Below are positions 11,079 through 22,069 of a DNA stretch of 64,000 nucleotides, piece by piece. The translations under genes were made by a program, and so were the position numbers. Position 1 is the stretch's first letter. Every line of letters starts with the position of its first letter. The stretch spans positions 288,001 through 352,000 of the forward strand of contig CAVVEU010000040.1 in assembly GCA_963747235.1 (NCBI GenBank), written 5' to 3'. The notes beneath the pieces were generated by a model. That model did no database searches, had not been told where the DNA came from, and worked only from the letters and a program-made list of their open reading frames with translations. This DNA comes from an uncultured Candidatus Rokubacteria bacterium. GTDB taxonomy: Bacteria; Methylomirabilota; Methylomirabilia; Rokubacteriales; CSP1-6.

Positions 11079-11875
11079 TCAGGTGTGACGCCAGCGGATC
11101 ACCGCGCGCTCGAGCCCGGAGAGCCCCCAGTGCGAGAGGACGCCGAGCAGCGAGAGCACGACGATGCCGACCATGAGCTTGGTGGTTTCCATCAGGTTGC
11201 CGGACTGCAGAATCAGGAAGCCGATGCCCGCGTCGGCCGCGATCTGCTCGGCGGCCACCAGCAGGAGCAGCGCGATCCCCGCGCCCAGCCGCAAGCCCGC
11301 GAAGACCATGGGCAGCGCCGAGGGCAGGATGACCTTGCGGATCACGCTCCACCGCCCCGCGCCGAAGGAGACGGCGGCCCGGATCAGCAGCGGATCGGCC
11401 TGGCGGACGCCCGAGTAGGTGTTGATGGCCATCGGAAAGAAGACGCCGAGCGCCACCACCGCGACCTTGGAGGCCTCGCCGATGCCGAGCCAGAGGATCA
11501 GCAGCGGCAGCAGCGCGATCTTGGGGATCGGGAACGTGGCCGCGATGAGCGGCTGCACCACCGCGTCGGCGAGCGAGAAGAAGCCCACCGCCACGCCCAC
11601 GCTGATGCCGGCCAGCGCCCCGATCGCGAAGCCCCAGGCCAGGCGCTCGAGGCTGGTCACGAGGTGCACGTGGAGCTGGCCGGAGACGGCCATGTCCCAG
11701 CCCTCCGCCAGCACGCCGATCGGCGACGGCAGGAAGAGCGAGGAGACGAGACCGGTGCGCGTGATCAGCTCCCACAGCACGACCAGGCCCACCAGGGCGA
11801 GGACGCGCACCGTGCGGTAGTCGGGCCGGCGCAGGAACGCGGTGCGGTCGTCCACGATGAAGCGCTCCACCGCCA

Positions 11876-11876
<1 letters not shown>
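11079..11876 (-). CDS. NitT/TauT-family ABC transporter permease
   Basis: FLPSP, PIPKIALLPLLILWLGIGE, ILPSALP, AAEQI. Confidence 0.92.
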
Positions 11877-12673
<797 letters not shown>

Positions 12674-12674
12674 C

Positions 12675-14232
12675 CTAGCGCCGCCGCAAGGCGAACCGCT
12701 GGATCTTGCCGGTCGTGGTCTTGGGCAGCTCGGCCACGAAGTCCACCCAGCGCGGCGACTTGTAGCCCGCCAGGCGCTTGCGCACCAGCGCCTGCAGCTC
12801 GGCGGCGAGCGCGTCGGTGCCGGGCTCGCCGTCGCGCAGCACGCAGAAGGCGTGGGCCTTGGTGAGCCCGTCGGCGTCCCCGCGCCCGACCACCGCGGCC
12901 TCCAGCACCGCCGGGTGCTCGCCCAGGCACGCCTCGATCTCGACCGGCGACACCCACATACCGCCGACTTTCAGCATGTCGTCGCCCCGGCCGCAGAAGT
13001 AGAAGTAGCCGTCGGTGTCCTGGTAGAACATGTCGCCGGTGCGCAGCCACTCGCCCTGCATCGTGGCCCGGGTGCGCTCGTGGCGGTTCCAGTAGTACGC
13101 CGCGGTGGAGTCGCCCTTGATCAGGAGCTGGCCCACGAAGCCCGGCGCCACCGGCCGGTCCTGGTCGTCCACCAGCCGCGCCTCGTAGCCCGGGATCACC
13201 CGCCCACTCGAGCCCGGCCGCGCCTCGCCCGGCCGGTTGGCGATGTAGTCGTGCAGCGCCTCGGTGGAGCCCACCACGTCCAGCAGCTCGTGGCCGAAGC
13301 GCGACTTCCAGGCGTGGAAGATCGCCGGCGGGCAGCGCCTCGCCGGAGGACACGCAGAGCCGGAGCGAGGAGAGATCGAACCGCCGCTCCGCCCCTTCGA
13401 CCTGCAAGAGCCGGCGATACATGGTGGCCACCGCGAACAGCATGCGTGGGTCGCTCGGCCTGGATCAGCTCGAAGATCGCGCTCGGCCTCCAGGCGCTCC
13501 GGCACCAGCACCGACGCGGCGCCCACCAGCGCCGGGAAGTAGAGCGAGTTGCCGAGGCCGAACGCGAAGTGGAGCTTCGACGCCGAGAAGATCACGTCGT
13601 CCGCCGCGATGCCGAAGGTCCCCCGCCCCACCCGCTCCGCCGCGTGGACCAGGTTGCGATGCAGGTGCACCGCGGCCTTCGGGCGCCCGGTCGAGCCCGA
13701 GGTGTAGAGCCAGAGCGCCACGTCGTCGCGGCTCGTGTCCGCCGCGGCCAGCTCGGGCGAGGCCTTCTCCAGCAGCCGCTCGTACTCGAGCGCGCCGCGC
13801 CGGCGGCCGCCCACCACGATCACGCTCTCCAGCGCCGGGCACTGGGCGCCGGATCTTCAGGATCTCGGCGGCGGCCGTCTCGGAGGCGATCACCGCCCGG
13901 GCACGGCTGTCCTGGAGCAGGAACGCCAGCTCCTCGGCGGGCAGCGCGTCGCTCACCGGCACCGGCACCGCGCCGATCTTCATCGTGCCCCAGAAGGCCT
14001 CGGCGAACTCGGGCCGGTCCGGCAGGGCCAGGAGCACGCGCTGCTCCATCTGGACGTCGCGGGCCAGGAGCGCGTTGCCGAGACGGTTGGCGCGGAGGGC
14101 GATCTCGCCGTAGGTGACGTCGCGGCCGGCGAAGCGGAAGGCGGTGCGGGCGCCGCGGCCCTCGGTGACGTGGCGGTCGAGGAAGTGGGTGGCGGCGTTG
14201 AACCGATCGGGGACGTCGATGGCCGCCGCCAT
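12675..14232 (-). CDS. Benzoate-CoA ligase family (ANL superfamily); several frameshifts
   Basis: [67 protein letters not shown]. Confidence 0.88.
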
Positions 14233-14321
14233 GCGCCCGATTCTAGCAGCACCTCCCCGATCCGCGCGCTCTTGACTGCCCCGCGGCGTCGGGCACGCCG
14301 GGGCCCTCGAGCCCGACGGAT

Positions 14322-15173
14322 CTAGAGGGCGCGACCGATCCGATCGTGGCGGAGGTAGTGGAGTGAGCCGTCCCACGACCAGTAGATGACGAAGACTCGA
14401 CCGACGATCTTGTCCCGCCGGATGACGCCCCAGTATCGGCTATCCTGGGAGTTGCCTCGATTGTCACCCATCACGAAGTACGACCCCACCGGCACCGTGA
14501 CCGGCTCGCATCCGTATGCGAACTCGCACCGGCCGGCGAGCGGCACGCCGGCGCCCTTGAGGTAGGGCTCGGCGAGCAACTCGCCGCCGATGTAGACCTC
14601 ATTGCCGCGGACGAGGAGCTGATCGCCCGGCATGCCAACGATCCGCTTGACGAAGTCCCGCCGCTCATCCTGCGGGTACTTGAAGACGATGATGTCTCCG
14701 CGCCGGGGCGCCCCGCCGCGATAGACGGAGTTGTCGGTCAGCACGTAGTCACCGATGAGCAGGGTCGGCTCCATCCCCGCGGACGGAATCGTGAACCCCT
14801 GCGCGCCGTGGGCGCGGTAGTACGCTCGGAGCGGCGCGTCGATCGCCCAGCCGCCGACCAGGATCGCCACCCACGCGACGAGCACAACCTTCCACGACAT
14901 CCGGCCGGCGGGCATCAGCCCTGTGTCCATCACGCAGACCAGGCGTGTCACGATCCCGAACGCGACGATCCCCACGAGGGTCCAGAAACTGACCGGGAGG
15001 AGAACCAGGAGGCCCAGACCAATAACTGGCGCACCAACCGCCCAGGCCACGCCGCGCCGATTGCGGCCCAGCAGGAAGTGTCCGGATCCCGGCGAGACGA
15101 GCGACAAGACACACGCGACTACACGCCGCGTGCGCTCGAAACGCTGCCCCTTGATCTCTTCCCGTGAACCCAT
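14322..15173 (-). CDS. lepB: Signal peptidase I with N-terminal multi-TM extension
   Basis: IPSAGMEPTL, RGDIIVF, FVKRIVGMPGD, FVMGDNRGNSQDSRYWG. Confidence 0.9.
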   Translation of the reverse strand: MGSREEIKGQRFERTRRVVACVLSLVSPGSGHFLLGRNRRGVAWAVGAPVIGLGLLVLLPVSFWTLVGIVAFGIVTRLVCVMDTGLMPAGRMSWKVVLVAWVAILVGGWAIDAPLRAYYRAHGAQGFTIPSAGMEPTLLIGDYVLTDNSVYRGGAPRRGDIIVFKYPQDERRDFVKRIVGMPGDQLLVRGNEVYIGGELLAEPYLKGAGVPLAGRCEFAYGCEPVTVPVGSYFVMGDNRGNSQDSRYWGVIRRDKIVGRVFVIYWSWDGSLHYLRHDRIGRAL

Positions 15174-15276
15174 CGTCCTCCTTCCCGGCGGGACGCTCTT
15201 CAGGCAACGCTAGTCGTCGCATCCTTACTTTGTCCAGGCTCGCGTGCCCTTACACGGTGGTCACCACCAGGCGCGC

Positions 15277-15426
15277 CTACCTGGTCGTGAAGAAGTAGTA
15301 GTCCGCCGTGTAGTTGATGCGGGCCGAGGTCCCGGCGGTGGCCTCGGAGCAGCCCGTCGTGGGCACGACGCTCTGATCTACCTCTTCCGCGTCTTCAAAC
15401 CGCGCTAGGGCAGCTTCAGGTGTCAT
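15277..15426 (-). pseudogene. 49-aa ORF resembling the C-terminal remnant of a DUF3455-like protein
   Basis: Hand translation: MTPEAALARFEDAEEVDQSVVPTTGCSEATAGTSARINYTADYYFFTTR. ATGA overlap with the regulator stop codon. The family call is from motif recall only. Confidence 0.5.
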
Positions 15427-18400
15427 CTGAGGGCCTCGATTTCCACCGCCGTCTGCTCCAGCCAGAACTGCATATCCATCTCGCGGTAGCTCGCCGTCGC
15501 CATGGTGAGGTACTCGCGGGCCTGCGCGAGCCTGTCGGTACGCCGATAGAGCTTGCCGAGGCCGAGGTGGCAGTGGGCGACGAGCGGGCGCATGCCGCGC
15601 GGCTCGGCGAGCGCCAGGGCCTCGCGATAGTAACCCTCGCCACGGTCGGCGTCGAAGCAGTCGGAATGGGTCGCGATCTCGCCGAGCAGATGTATTGCAT
15701 GGGCAACGGTGCCACGGCGAAACGAAGTGTCTCTGACCGCGCGTTCGCTCAGACTCCGCGCCTCGTCGAGCCGGCCGAGCAGGAAAGCCGCCTGTCCCAG
15801 CGACATGAGACCTCCGACGCCACGCGCCGGCGAACGTTCGAGGAGCTGCTCGCCCTCGCGGAGTTGGGTCAGCGCCTCGGCGGACTCGCCGAGCTGGGCC
15901 AAGATCCAGGCGGACGAAGCGATGGCGGCCGGGAGGTTGAGCACGACGTTTCCCGCTCGAACCACGGCAATCCCACGCTCGACCAGTGAGTTCGCCTTCG
16001 CCCAGTCACCTTTGTGGAGGTCGATCCAGCTCGCGCAGAAGTAGGCTTCGGCGATGGTGAACGGGCGCTGCGTTGGCTCCGCGAGCCGGAGCACGTCCGC
16101 CGCATAGTGGGTGGCTTCCGCGAATCGGCCGAGTTCGGCGAGGCTGTACACGAGCCACAGGCGATTGTAGGCCGGGATCGGCATGCTGATGCTTCCCGGC
16201 TCGTCGACCCAGTCGGCGGGCAACGCCGCGAGGTTATCGGTGGCCAGCTCGACCGCCCGGGCGAAGTCGCCCCGATAGAAGTGGGTCTGCGCGAGATAGG
16301 TCGTGGCCCATATCTGGATTCGCAGGTCCCCGGAACGTACCGCAATCTCCAGCGCGCGGGCGCCAGCCACCAGCGCCTCGTCCAGCTCGCCGAGCAGGGC
16401 GAGGACGTTCACCATGAACAGGCGGACACGCCCCCGCCTGCGGTCGTCGTCCAGGCGCTCGGCGAGGACCTCCGCCTCGCGTAGCCGCTCGAGCACCTGC
16501 CGCACACTACCGAGCAGGTTCAGCACCCGTCGAAGCTCGAGGCGGACATCGAACCCCTGCTCCAGTGTGGACGAGCTTTCCGGCAACCTGTCGAGTACGG
16601 CCAGGGCCTGCTCGAAGCAGACCCTGGCTTCCTGGAGCGCCGACCGTTCGGCCGCCTTGAGTCCAGCCCGCCTGAGATACGGGACCGCCATCTCCCATGC
16701 CTCGGCGCAGAGCGCGTGATGGGCGAGCCGCTCGATGTGCTCCCCGAGACGATCTCGGTAGAGGCGTTCCATGGTCTCCGCGATCCGAGCGTGGAGGCTG
16801 CGCCGCCGATCGGCAAGGAGGCTCCCATAGGCCATCTCGTGGGTCAGCGCGTGCTTGAAGCTGTAGGCGAGATCGGGGAAGAGAGACGCCTCATGGACGA
16901 ACTCGGCCGCTTGAAGATGAGCCAGCCCACGACGGAGCGTCTCCTCGCTCTCGTCCGCGACAGCCTGCAGGAGGGTGAGGGGGAAGTCCCTCCCGATCAC
17001 CGCGGCAATCTCGAGGAGCCGCTTCTCCCCGGCCGGCAGGCGGTCGATACGCGCGGTCAAGATGGCCTGCACCGTGCCGGGCACCTGGATTGCGGGCAGG
17101 TCGTGCGCCAGCTGGTACTTGCCGCGCTCGCCCGTCAAGGCACCCGTCTCGGCCAATGCCCGGACGCTCTCCTCGACGAAGAGCGGATTGCCCTCCGTGC
17201 GCTCGATCAGGAGCTGCTTGAGCGGACCCAGCCCGGGGGCGGTCCCGAGGAGCACCTCGAGCAGCACTTCGGCACTCGGCCGTGGCAGCGGGTCGATCCG
17301 GAGCTGGGTGTAGGAGGTCTGGCCGGGCCCGCCATGCGAATACTCGGGCCGATGGCTGACGAGCAGCAGGAGTCGCGCACCCGGGAGGCTCTCGAACAGG
17401 GTCTCGAGCAGCGCCTGCGTCGCGCCGTCGATCCACTGCAGGTCCTCGAACACGAGCGCCAGCGGCTGCACCTGGCTCTCCCGCAGCAGCAGGCGCTTGA
17501 GAGCATCCAGGGTCCGCCGCCGGCGCCCGCCGGGGTCGAGCGCGTGCCATTCCGGGTCGTCCACCGGGACGTCGAGCAGGGTGAGGAACGCCGGCAGCGC
17601 GACCTCGAACGCCGGGTCCAGGGCGAGGATCTTGCCGGTAACCTTCTCGCGGATCGCGCGCGGGTCATCGCGCTCGCCGATCCCGCAGTAACCCTTGAGC
17701 AGGTCGATCACGGGGAGATAGGGCGTGGTCTTGCCGTAGGGGACGGCGCCCGCTTCCAGCACGAGCCAGCCGGCGACGTGCACCGAGTGGGTGAACTCCC
17801 ACAGAAGGCGTGACTTGCCCACCCCGGGCTCCCCGACGACGGCCACCGCCTGGCCATGCCCGTGCGCCGCGGCAGCCAAGCGGCCCCGCAAGACCTCGAG
17901 CTCGTCATGACGTCCGACGAACTGCGTCATCGCGCCCCACAGCCCCAACCCTCCGCGTTCCTGCCCCGTGAGGCGATAGATCTGGTCCGCGCTCCCGGCT
18001 CCGCCGCCGATCGGGACGAGCTCGAACCGGCGCTCCAGGAAGGGCGCGGCGCCTGCACTCGCCACCGTCTCGTCCGTCCCGGCGGTCCTCAGGAGCTGAT
18101 CGAGGAGCGGCCCCTGCGCGCGCTGCGCATCCGCGTCGATGTCGAGACCGCTCGCCGAGCGGGCAACGAGAACTTGAGCCACGTGTATGCCGATCTTGAC
18201 CCCGGGCAGCCCGCTCTTGTCCCCGTGGGCGCGCCCGGCGGTCTTGTGAATGACGATCGCGGTGTGTGCAGCGCGCCGCGGCGCATCCTCGACCGGATCG
18301 ACCCCGAACGAGGCCACGACCCTGGTCGGGGTCAGCTCTTCGACGCGGCCGCCGAACGTCTGCAGCTTGTCGATCACGACCTCGAGCGCCCGGCTCGTGT

Positions 18401-19511
18401 GCGTCCTCGCGTCGCCCCCGTCCGGCTCCCCGAGGGCGGCGCAGAGGAGCGTGATCCGCCGGCGTTCCCACTGAATCTGCGTGCCCGTGGGCGCCGGGGC
18501 CATGGCGGACGCGGGCCGAGCGCGGCGGTGGGGATGACCGCGATGGCCACGCACGCCGTACTTCTCGAGGCGCGCGTAGAGCGTGTTGCGCGCGATACCC
18601 AGCCGGGCCGCGGCGTGCGAGATGTTCCCCGCACTCTGCTCCAGCACACCCGCGAGATACTGGCGCATCACCGCTTCGGGCGTGACGGCGCCGGCGCTCG
18701 CGCCGACCGCGGGAGCCGCTGGGTGGGTCGCTTCCGCGGACAGCGGCTCCAGCATCGCTCCGGTGACCACGGGAGAATCGGCGAAGAGCGCCGCGCGCTC
18801 CATCACGTTGGCGAGCTCGCGGATATTCCCGGGCCAGCGATAGGCGAGCAGGCGGGCCAGCGCCTGCTCGCCCAGGGTCTTCGGCGGCAGCCCATGGTCG
18901 GCGCAGGCGCGGGCGAGGAACCGCTGGGCGAGGAGGAGCACGTCGCGCCCCCGTTCCCGCAGCGCGGGCATGTCGAGCGTGATCACCGCCAGCCGGTGAT
19001 AGAGGTCCTCCCGGAAGCGCCGCGCGCGAAGAGCCGCCCGCAGGTCGGTGTTCGTGGCACTGATGAAGCAGACGTCGACCGCCTCCGGCCGGGTGCTGCC
19101 GAGGCGGCGGACGACACGCTCCTCGATGACGGTGAGGAGCTTGGCCTGGGCCGATTCGGGCAAGAGGCCGACCTCGTCGAGGAAGAGCGTGCCCCGGTGC
19201 GCAGTCTGAAGGAGGCCGGGCTTGGCGCGGCGGGCGTCCGTGAAGGCGCCCTGCTCGAAGCCGAACAGCTCCGCTTCGAGGAGCGTCTCCGGCATCGCCG
19301 GGCAGTTGATGTCCACGAACCGGCCGTCCTTCCGTGGCCCCATGCGATGCACGAGCCGGGCGACGAGTCCCTTGCCGGTGCCGGTCTCCCCCTGTAGGAG
19401 GATCGCGGGCAGGCGGCCCCCGGCCGGCGGGTGCTTCAGGAGCTGGCGCAGCTTCTCCCGGACGGCGTTGATAGCCGGGCTCTCACCGAGCAACTCAGCC
19501 AGCCCTTCCAT
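15423..19511 (-). CDS. Sigma54 enhancer-binding protein fused to Fis-HTH, degenerate class III cyclase-like, STAND NTPase and TPR domains
   Basis: GETGTGKG, ELFGFEQGAFTDA, FLDEVG, WPGNIREL; NISHAAARLGIARNTLY; FVGRHDEL, GEPGVGKS, FEDLQWID, EGNPLFVEE; Ala/Leu-rich TPR tail. Confidence 0.9.
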   Translation of the reverse strand: MEGLAELLGESPAINAVREKLRQLLKHPPAGGRLPAILLQGETGTGKGLVARLVHRMGPRKDGRFVDINCPAMPETLLEAELFGFEQGAFTDARRAKPGLLQTAHRGTLFLDEVGLLPESAQAKLLTVIEERVVRRLGSTRPEAVDVCFISATNTDLRAALRARRFREDLYHRLAVITLDMPALRERGRDVLLLAQRFLARACADHGLPPKTLGEQALARLLAYRWPGNIRELANVMERAALFADSPVVTGAMLEPLSAEATHPAAPAVGASAGAVTPEAVMRQYLAGVLEQSAGNISHAAARLGIARNTLYARLEKYGVRGHRGHPHRRARPASAMAPAPTGTQIQWERRRITLLCAALGEPDGGDARTHTSRALEVVIDKLQTFGGRVEELTPTRVVASFGVDPVEDAPRRAAHTAIVIHKTAGRAHGDKSGLPGVKIGIHVAQVLVARSASGLDIDADAQRAQGPLLDQLLRTAGTDETVASAGAAPFLERRFELVPIGGGAGSADQIYRLTGQERGGLGLWGAMTQFVGRHDELEVLRGRLAAAAHGHGQAVAVVGEPGVGKSRLLWEFTHSVHVAGWLVLEAGAVPYGKTTPYLPVIDLLKGYCGIGERDDPRAIREKVTGKILALDPAFEVALPAFLTLLDVPVDDPEWHALDPGGRRRRTLDALKRLLLRESQVQPLALVFEDLQWIDGATQALLETLFESLPGARLLLLVSHRPEYSHGGPGQTSYTQLRIDPLPRPSAEVLLEVLLGTAPGLGPLKQLLIERTEGNPLFVEESVRALAETGALTGERGKYQLAHDLPAIQVPGTVQAILTARIDRLPAGEKRLLEIAAVIGRDFPLTLLQAVADESEETLRRGLAHLQAAEFVHEASLFPDLAYSFKHALTHEMAYGSLLADRRRSLHARIAETMERLYRDRLGEHIERLAHHALCAEAWEMAVPYLRRAGLKAAERSALQEARVCFEQALAVLDRLPESSSTLEQGFDVRLELRRVLNLLGSVRQVLERLREAEVLAERLDDDRRRGRVRLFMVNVLALLGELDEALVAGARALEIAVRSGDLRIQIWATTYLAQTHFYRGDFARAVELATDNLAALPADWVDEPGSISMPIPAYNRLWLVYSLAELGRFAEATHYAADVLRLAEPTQRPFTIAEAYFCASWIDLHKGDWAKANSLVERGIAVVRAGNVVLNLPAAIASSAWILAQLGESAEALTQLREGEQLLERSPARGVGGLMSLGQAAFLLGRLDEARSLSERAVRDTSFRRGTVAHAIHLLGEIATHSDCFDADRGEGYYREALALAEPRGMRPLVAHCHLGLGKLYRRTDRLAQAREYLTMATASYREMDMQFWLEQTAVEIEALR

Positions 19512-19539
19512 GGCCGGCTAGCCTACTCGCCTGCTCAAG

Positions 19540-19574
19540 TCACTGCTCAGATTTCCGAACACTCTGAGCAGTGA
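19540..19574. promoter_or_regulatory. Perfect 12-bp inverted repeat, candidate enhancer (UAS) site
   Basis: TCACTGCTCAGA-N11-TCTGAGCAGTGA, with an extra CTGCTCA half-site at 19531. Lies about 70-100 bp upstream of a sigma54-like promoter. Confidence 0.6.
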
Positions 19575-19642
19575 TCGGCCGCGCTGCCGCCGGCCGCGCG
19601 CCGCAAGTCCTCGGAATGCCTCGAACCAGGGCGGTCCACGAG

Positions 19643-19659
19643 ATGGAACGCTTTGCGCA
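19643..19659 (+). promoter_or_regulatory. Candidate sigma54 -24/-12 promoter
   Basis: ATGGAACGCTTTGCGCA: GG-N10-GC with TGGAACG at -24; the -12 element lacks the usual TT. Confidence 0.5.
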
Positions 19660-19744
19660 TCCTTGGATACCGGAGGGCAGGTGCGCGGAGTGTCCGCAGG
19701 CGGTCCTTCTCGAACCAATCACTTCGATCCAAAGGAGGAAACAG

Positions 19745-20182
19745 ATGCGCTCAGTCAGAAGTCTCCTGGTGGTGACCGGCACCATGTTGGCGCTCGCGAT
19801 CCTCACCCCATCGCGGCCCTCTGCCGCCGACGGACCCGTTACCATCGTCATAGACAAGGAATGCTCTGAATTCACCGGCAACGTCCCCAGCTTTTGCACG
19901 ATCACCGGATCGACCTTCTCCGCGATCCCTGCGGGAACCAAGGTCCTCTACTGGGGGCCGCTGATCAGCGACCCCGACTACACTAGCAGCGTGGTCGTCA
20001 TCAACGCCGGGCGCGGCAACAGAGCGACCGGTTACTGCAGCCTCCTGGGCGATGTCGGAGCGTGCTCATTCTGGGAGGGGAGCGGGACCTTGCGGGGGTT
20101 TCATGCAGCCTTCCAGGTCACGCATCCCGGCGGACCAAACTTCATCTGGACCGGGACGTACCGCTTGGACCATCAGCGCTGA
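19745..20182 (+). CDS. Small secreted hypothetical protein (beta-rich, 4 Cys)
   Basis: AAGGAGG RBS; signal peptide MRSVRSLLVVTGTMLALAILTPSRPSAA; KEC...FCTI...YC...AC...GTLRGFHA...WTGTY. Confidence 0.8.
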   Translation: MRSVRSLLVVTGTMLALAILTPSRPSAADGPVTIVIDKECSEFTGNVPSFCTITGSTFSAIPAGTKVLYWGPLISDPDYTSSVVVINAGRGNRATGYCSLLGDVGACSFWEGSGTLRGFHAAFQVTHPGGPNFIWTGTYRLDHQR

Positions 20183-20634
20183 GCTGAAGCGGCCAGCGGC
20201 AGCGGATCGCCCGTTACCGCCCGGCAGGCCTGTTCCGGTACGGCTCGAGAGGGAGCCGGGGACGTGATCCCCGGCTCCTTCGCGCCCGCCGATGGAGGCG
20301 TCTTCACGCGTCGGCGCGGCACCACCAGCGCGGCACGAATCAGGCCGGCCACCCGGGCCCGCGCGTCCTCTAGGTTTCGCCCCTGGTTGCGCGTGACCTG
20401 GCTGACGACGACCAGGTGTCCGTCGGCGTCGAGCCGGTTCTGCGCCAACCGGTAGAGCCGCGCCCGTGCGTCGTCTGGCAGACCCTCGATCGCGGGAAGG
20501 TCCACGCGCAGATCGATCTTGATCGAGACCTTGTTGACGTTCTGGCCGCCCGGCCCCGAGGCCCGCGCCGCGTGCACGTGGAGCGCGGAGGCCGGCACGC
20601 GGACGTCCGCGGTCACGACGATCGGGTCGGCCAT
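20173..20634 (-). pseudogene. arfB: Duplicated arfB copy with replaced C-terminal tail
   Basis: GPGGQNVNKV is intact; similarity to 22471..22902 stops after SAGAK and the basic tail is lost. Confidence 0.75.
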
Positions 20635-20965
20635 GGCGCGGGCCCGGTGGGAAGCTCGGCGTGGAGCGCGGTGACGAACTCGTCGGGCCGCCTCGGCGAG
20701 AGCACGACGAGCCCGCCGCGGGTGGGCAGGTACACTAGGTCGTCGGTATTGGTGATCGCGAGGTAGTGCCAGCCGGTGCGCGGATTCCAGCGCGGCCCGT
20801 GGGAGCAGAAGAGGTCGTTGACGCCGGCGGCGCGCAGGCCGCCGATCGCGCGCGGCTCGCGATCGCAGCCCGTGATGCACTCGTAGGGGATGAGCTTGCG
20901 CGCCCAGCGGCGCTCGAGCCGCAGGCCGCCCTCCTCGAGGGTGTAGCCGCTCTCGTCGCGAAGCC
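20277..20965. repeat. Direct duplicate (copy A) of 22545-23232
   Basis: Near-collinear DNA and protein similarity, judged by eye, covering the 3' part of the PH-domain gene and the 5' part of arfB. Confidence 0.9.
20613..20965 (-). pseudogene. 5'-truncated copy of the PH-domain membrane protein gene
   Basis: SGYTLEEGGLRLERRWARKLIPY...HGPRWNPRTGWHYLAITNTDDLV matches 22881..23406 but lacks the two TM helices. Confidence 0.75.
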
Positions 20966-20992
20966 TCGCCAATAGGCCGCCCTTCCCCCGAT

Positions 20993-21022
20993 GGCCCTCT
21001 CCCCTGCGACGGGGAGAGGGCC
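20993..21022. repeat. REP-like hairpin
   Basis: GGCCCTCTCCCC-TGCGAC-GGGGAGAGGGCC, next to the duplication breakpoint. Confidence 0.7.
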
Positions 21023-21220
21023 AGATGAGCCGGACCGGCCCTCGAGCGCTTCCGGCCACTCCGTCCGCAAGAAACCGCGAGTGCCAGCGTCGTCCTGGCG
21101 GTCTACCATAGACCTCGCCATGACCGACCTCCTCGCCGCCCGCTCGCAGATGGCGATGCCGCTCGGCTTCCTCGGTGGCTGGGCGCCCGCCCAGTACCCC
21201 AAGCAGTCCCCGGCCCGGCC

Positions 21221-22069
21221 GTGAGCCTCACCGTCTTCTCGCTCGCGGTCCTCTTCACGTCGGTCGGGGCGGGCGCGGTCGGCTCCATCCTGGGCCTGGG
21301 CGGCGGCATCCTGCTGATCCCGATCCTCACGATCTTCTACGGGGTGGATCTCCACTACGCGATGGGGGCCAGCATCATCTCGGTGATCGCCACGTCGAGC
21401 GGCGCGGCCGCCTCGTACCTGCGCACCGGGCTCAGCAACCTGCGCGTCGGCCTCTTCCTGGTCATGGCCACCATCAGCGGCGCGCTGGTGGGCGCGCTCC
21501 TGGCCGGGGTGGTGCCGGTGCGCGCGCTCGAGCTGATCCTGGGCCTGGCGCTCTCCTACTCCGCGTTCACCACCATCCGGCAGCTCCACGACGAGCTGCC
21601 GGAACACCTTTCCGAAGATCGCCTCGCGCTCCGCTTCGGCCTCGAAGGCCGCTACCACGACCTCCGGCTGGAGCACGAGGTGGCTTATCGAGCCCAGCGG
21701 GTGGCCCCGGGCTTCGTGGCCATGTTCGGGGCGGGCCTGCTTTCGGGCATGCTGGGCATCGGCAGCGGCGCGTTCAAGGTGCTCGCCATGGACTACCTCA
21801 TGCGGCTCCCGATGAAGGTCTCGACCGCGACCAGCAACTTCATGATCGGCCTCACCGCCTCGGCCAGCGCCGGCATCTACTGGAGCCGCGGCGACATCAA
21901 CGTGCTGATCGTCGCGCCGGTGGCCATGGGCGTGCTGGCCGGGGCGTACCTGGGGACGATGCTGATGGCGCGGATGCGCAACACCACCGTGCGGAAGCTG
22001 TTCCTGCCCATCGTGGTGTACCTGGCGCTTTCGATGATCCTGCGTGGCCTGGGCATCCACCTGTTATGA
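21221..22069 (+). CDS. TauE/SafE (TSUP) family membrane transporter
   Basis: GSILGLGGGILLIP, ASIISVIATSSGAA, LSGMLGIGSGAFKV, KVSTATSNFMIG. Confidence 0.92.
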   Translation: MSLTVFSLAVLFTSVGAGAVGSILGLGGGILLIPILTIFYGVDLHYAMGASIISVIATSSGAAASYLRTGLSNLRVGLFLVMATISGALVGALLAGVVPVRALELILGLALSYSAFTTIRQLHDELPEHLSEDRLALRFGLEGRYHDLRLEHEVAYRAQRVAPGFVAMFGAGLLSGMLGIGSGAFKVLAMDYLMRLPMKVSTATSNFMIGLTASASAGIYWSRGDINVLIVAPVAMGVLAGAYLGTMLMARMRNTTVRKLFLPIVVYLALSMILRGLGIHLL

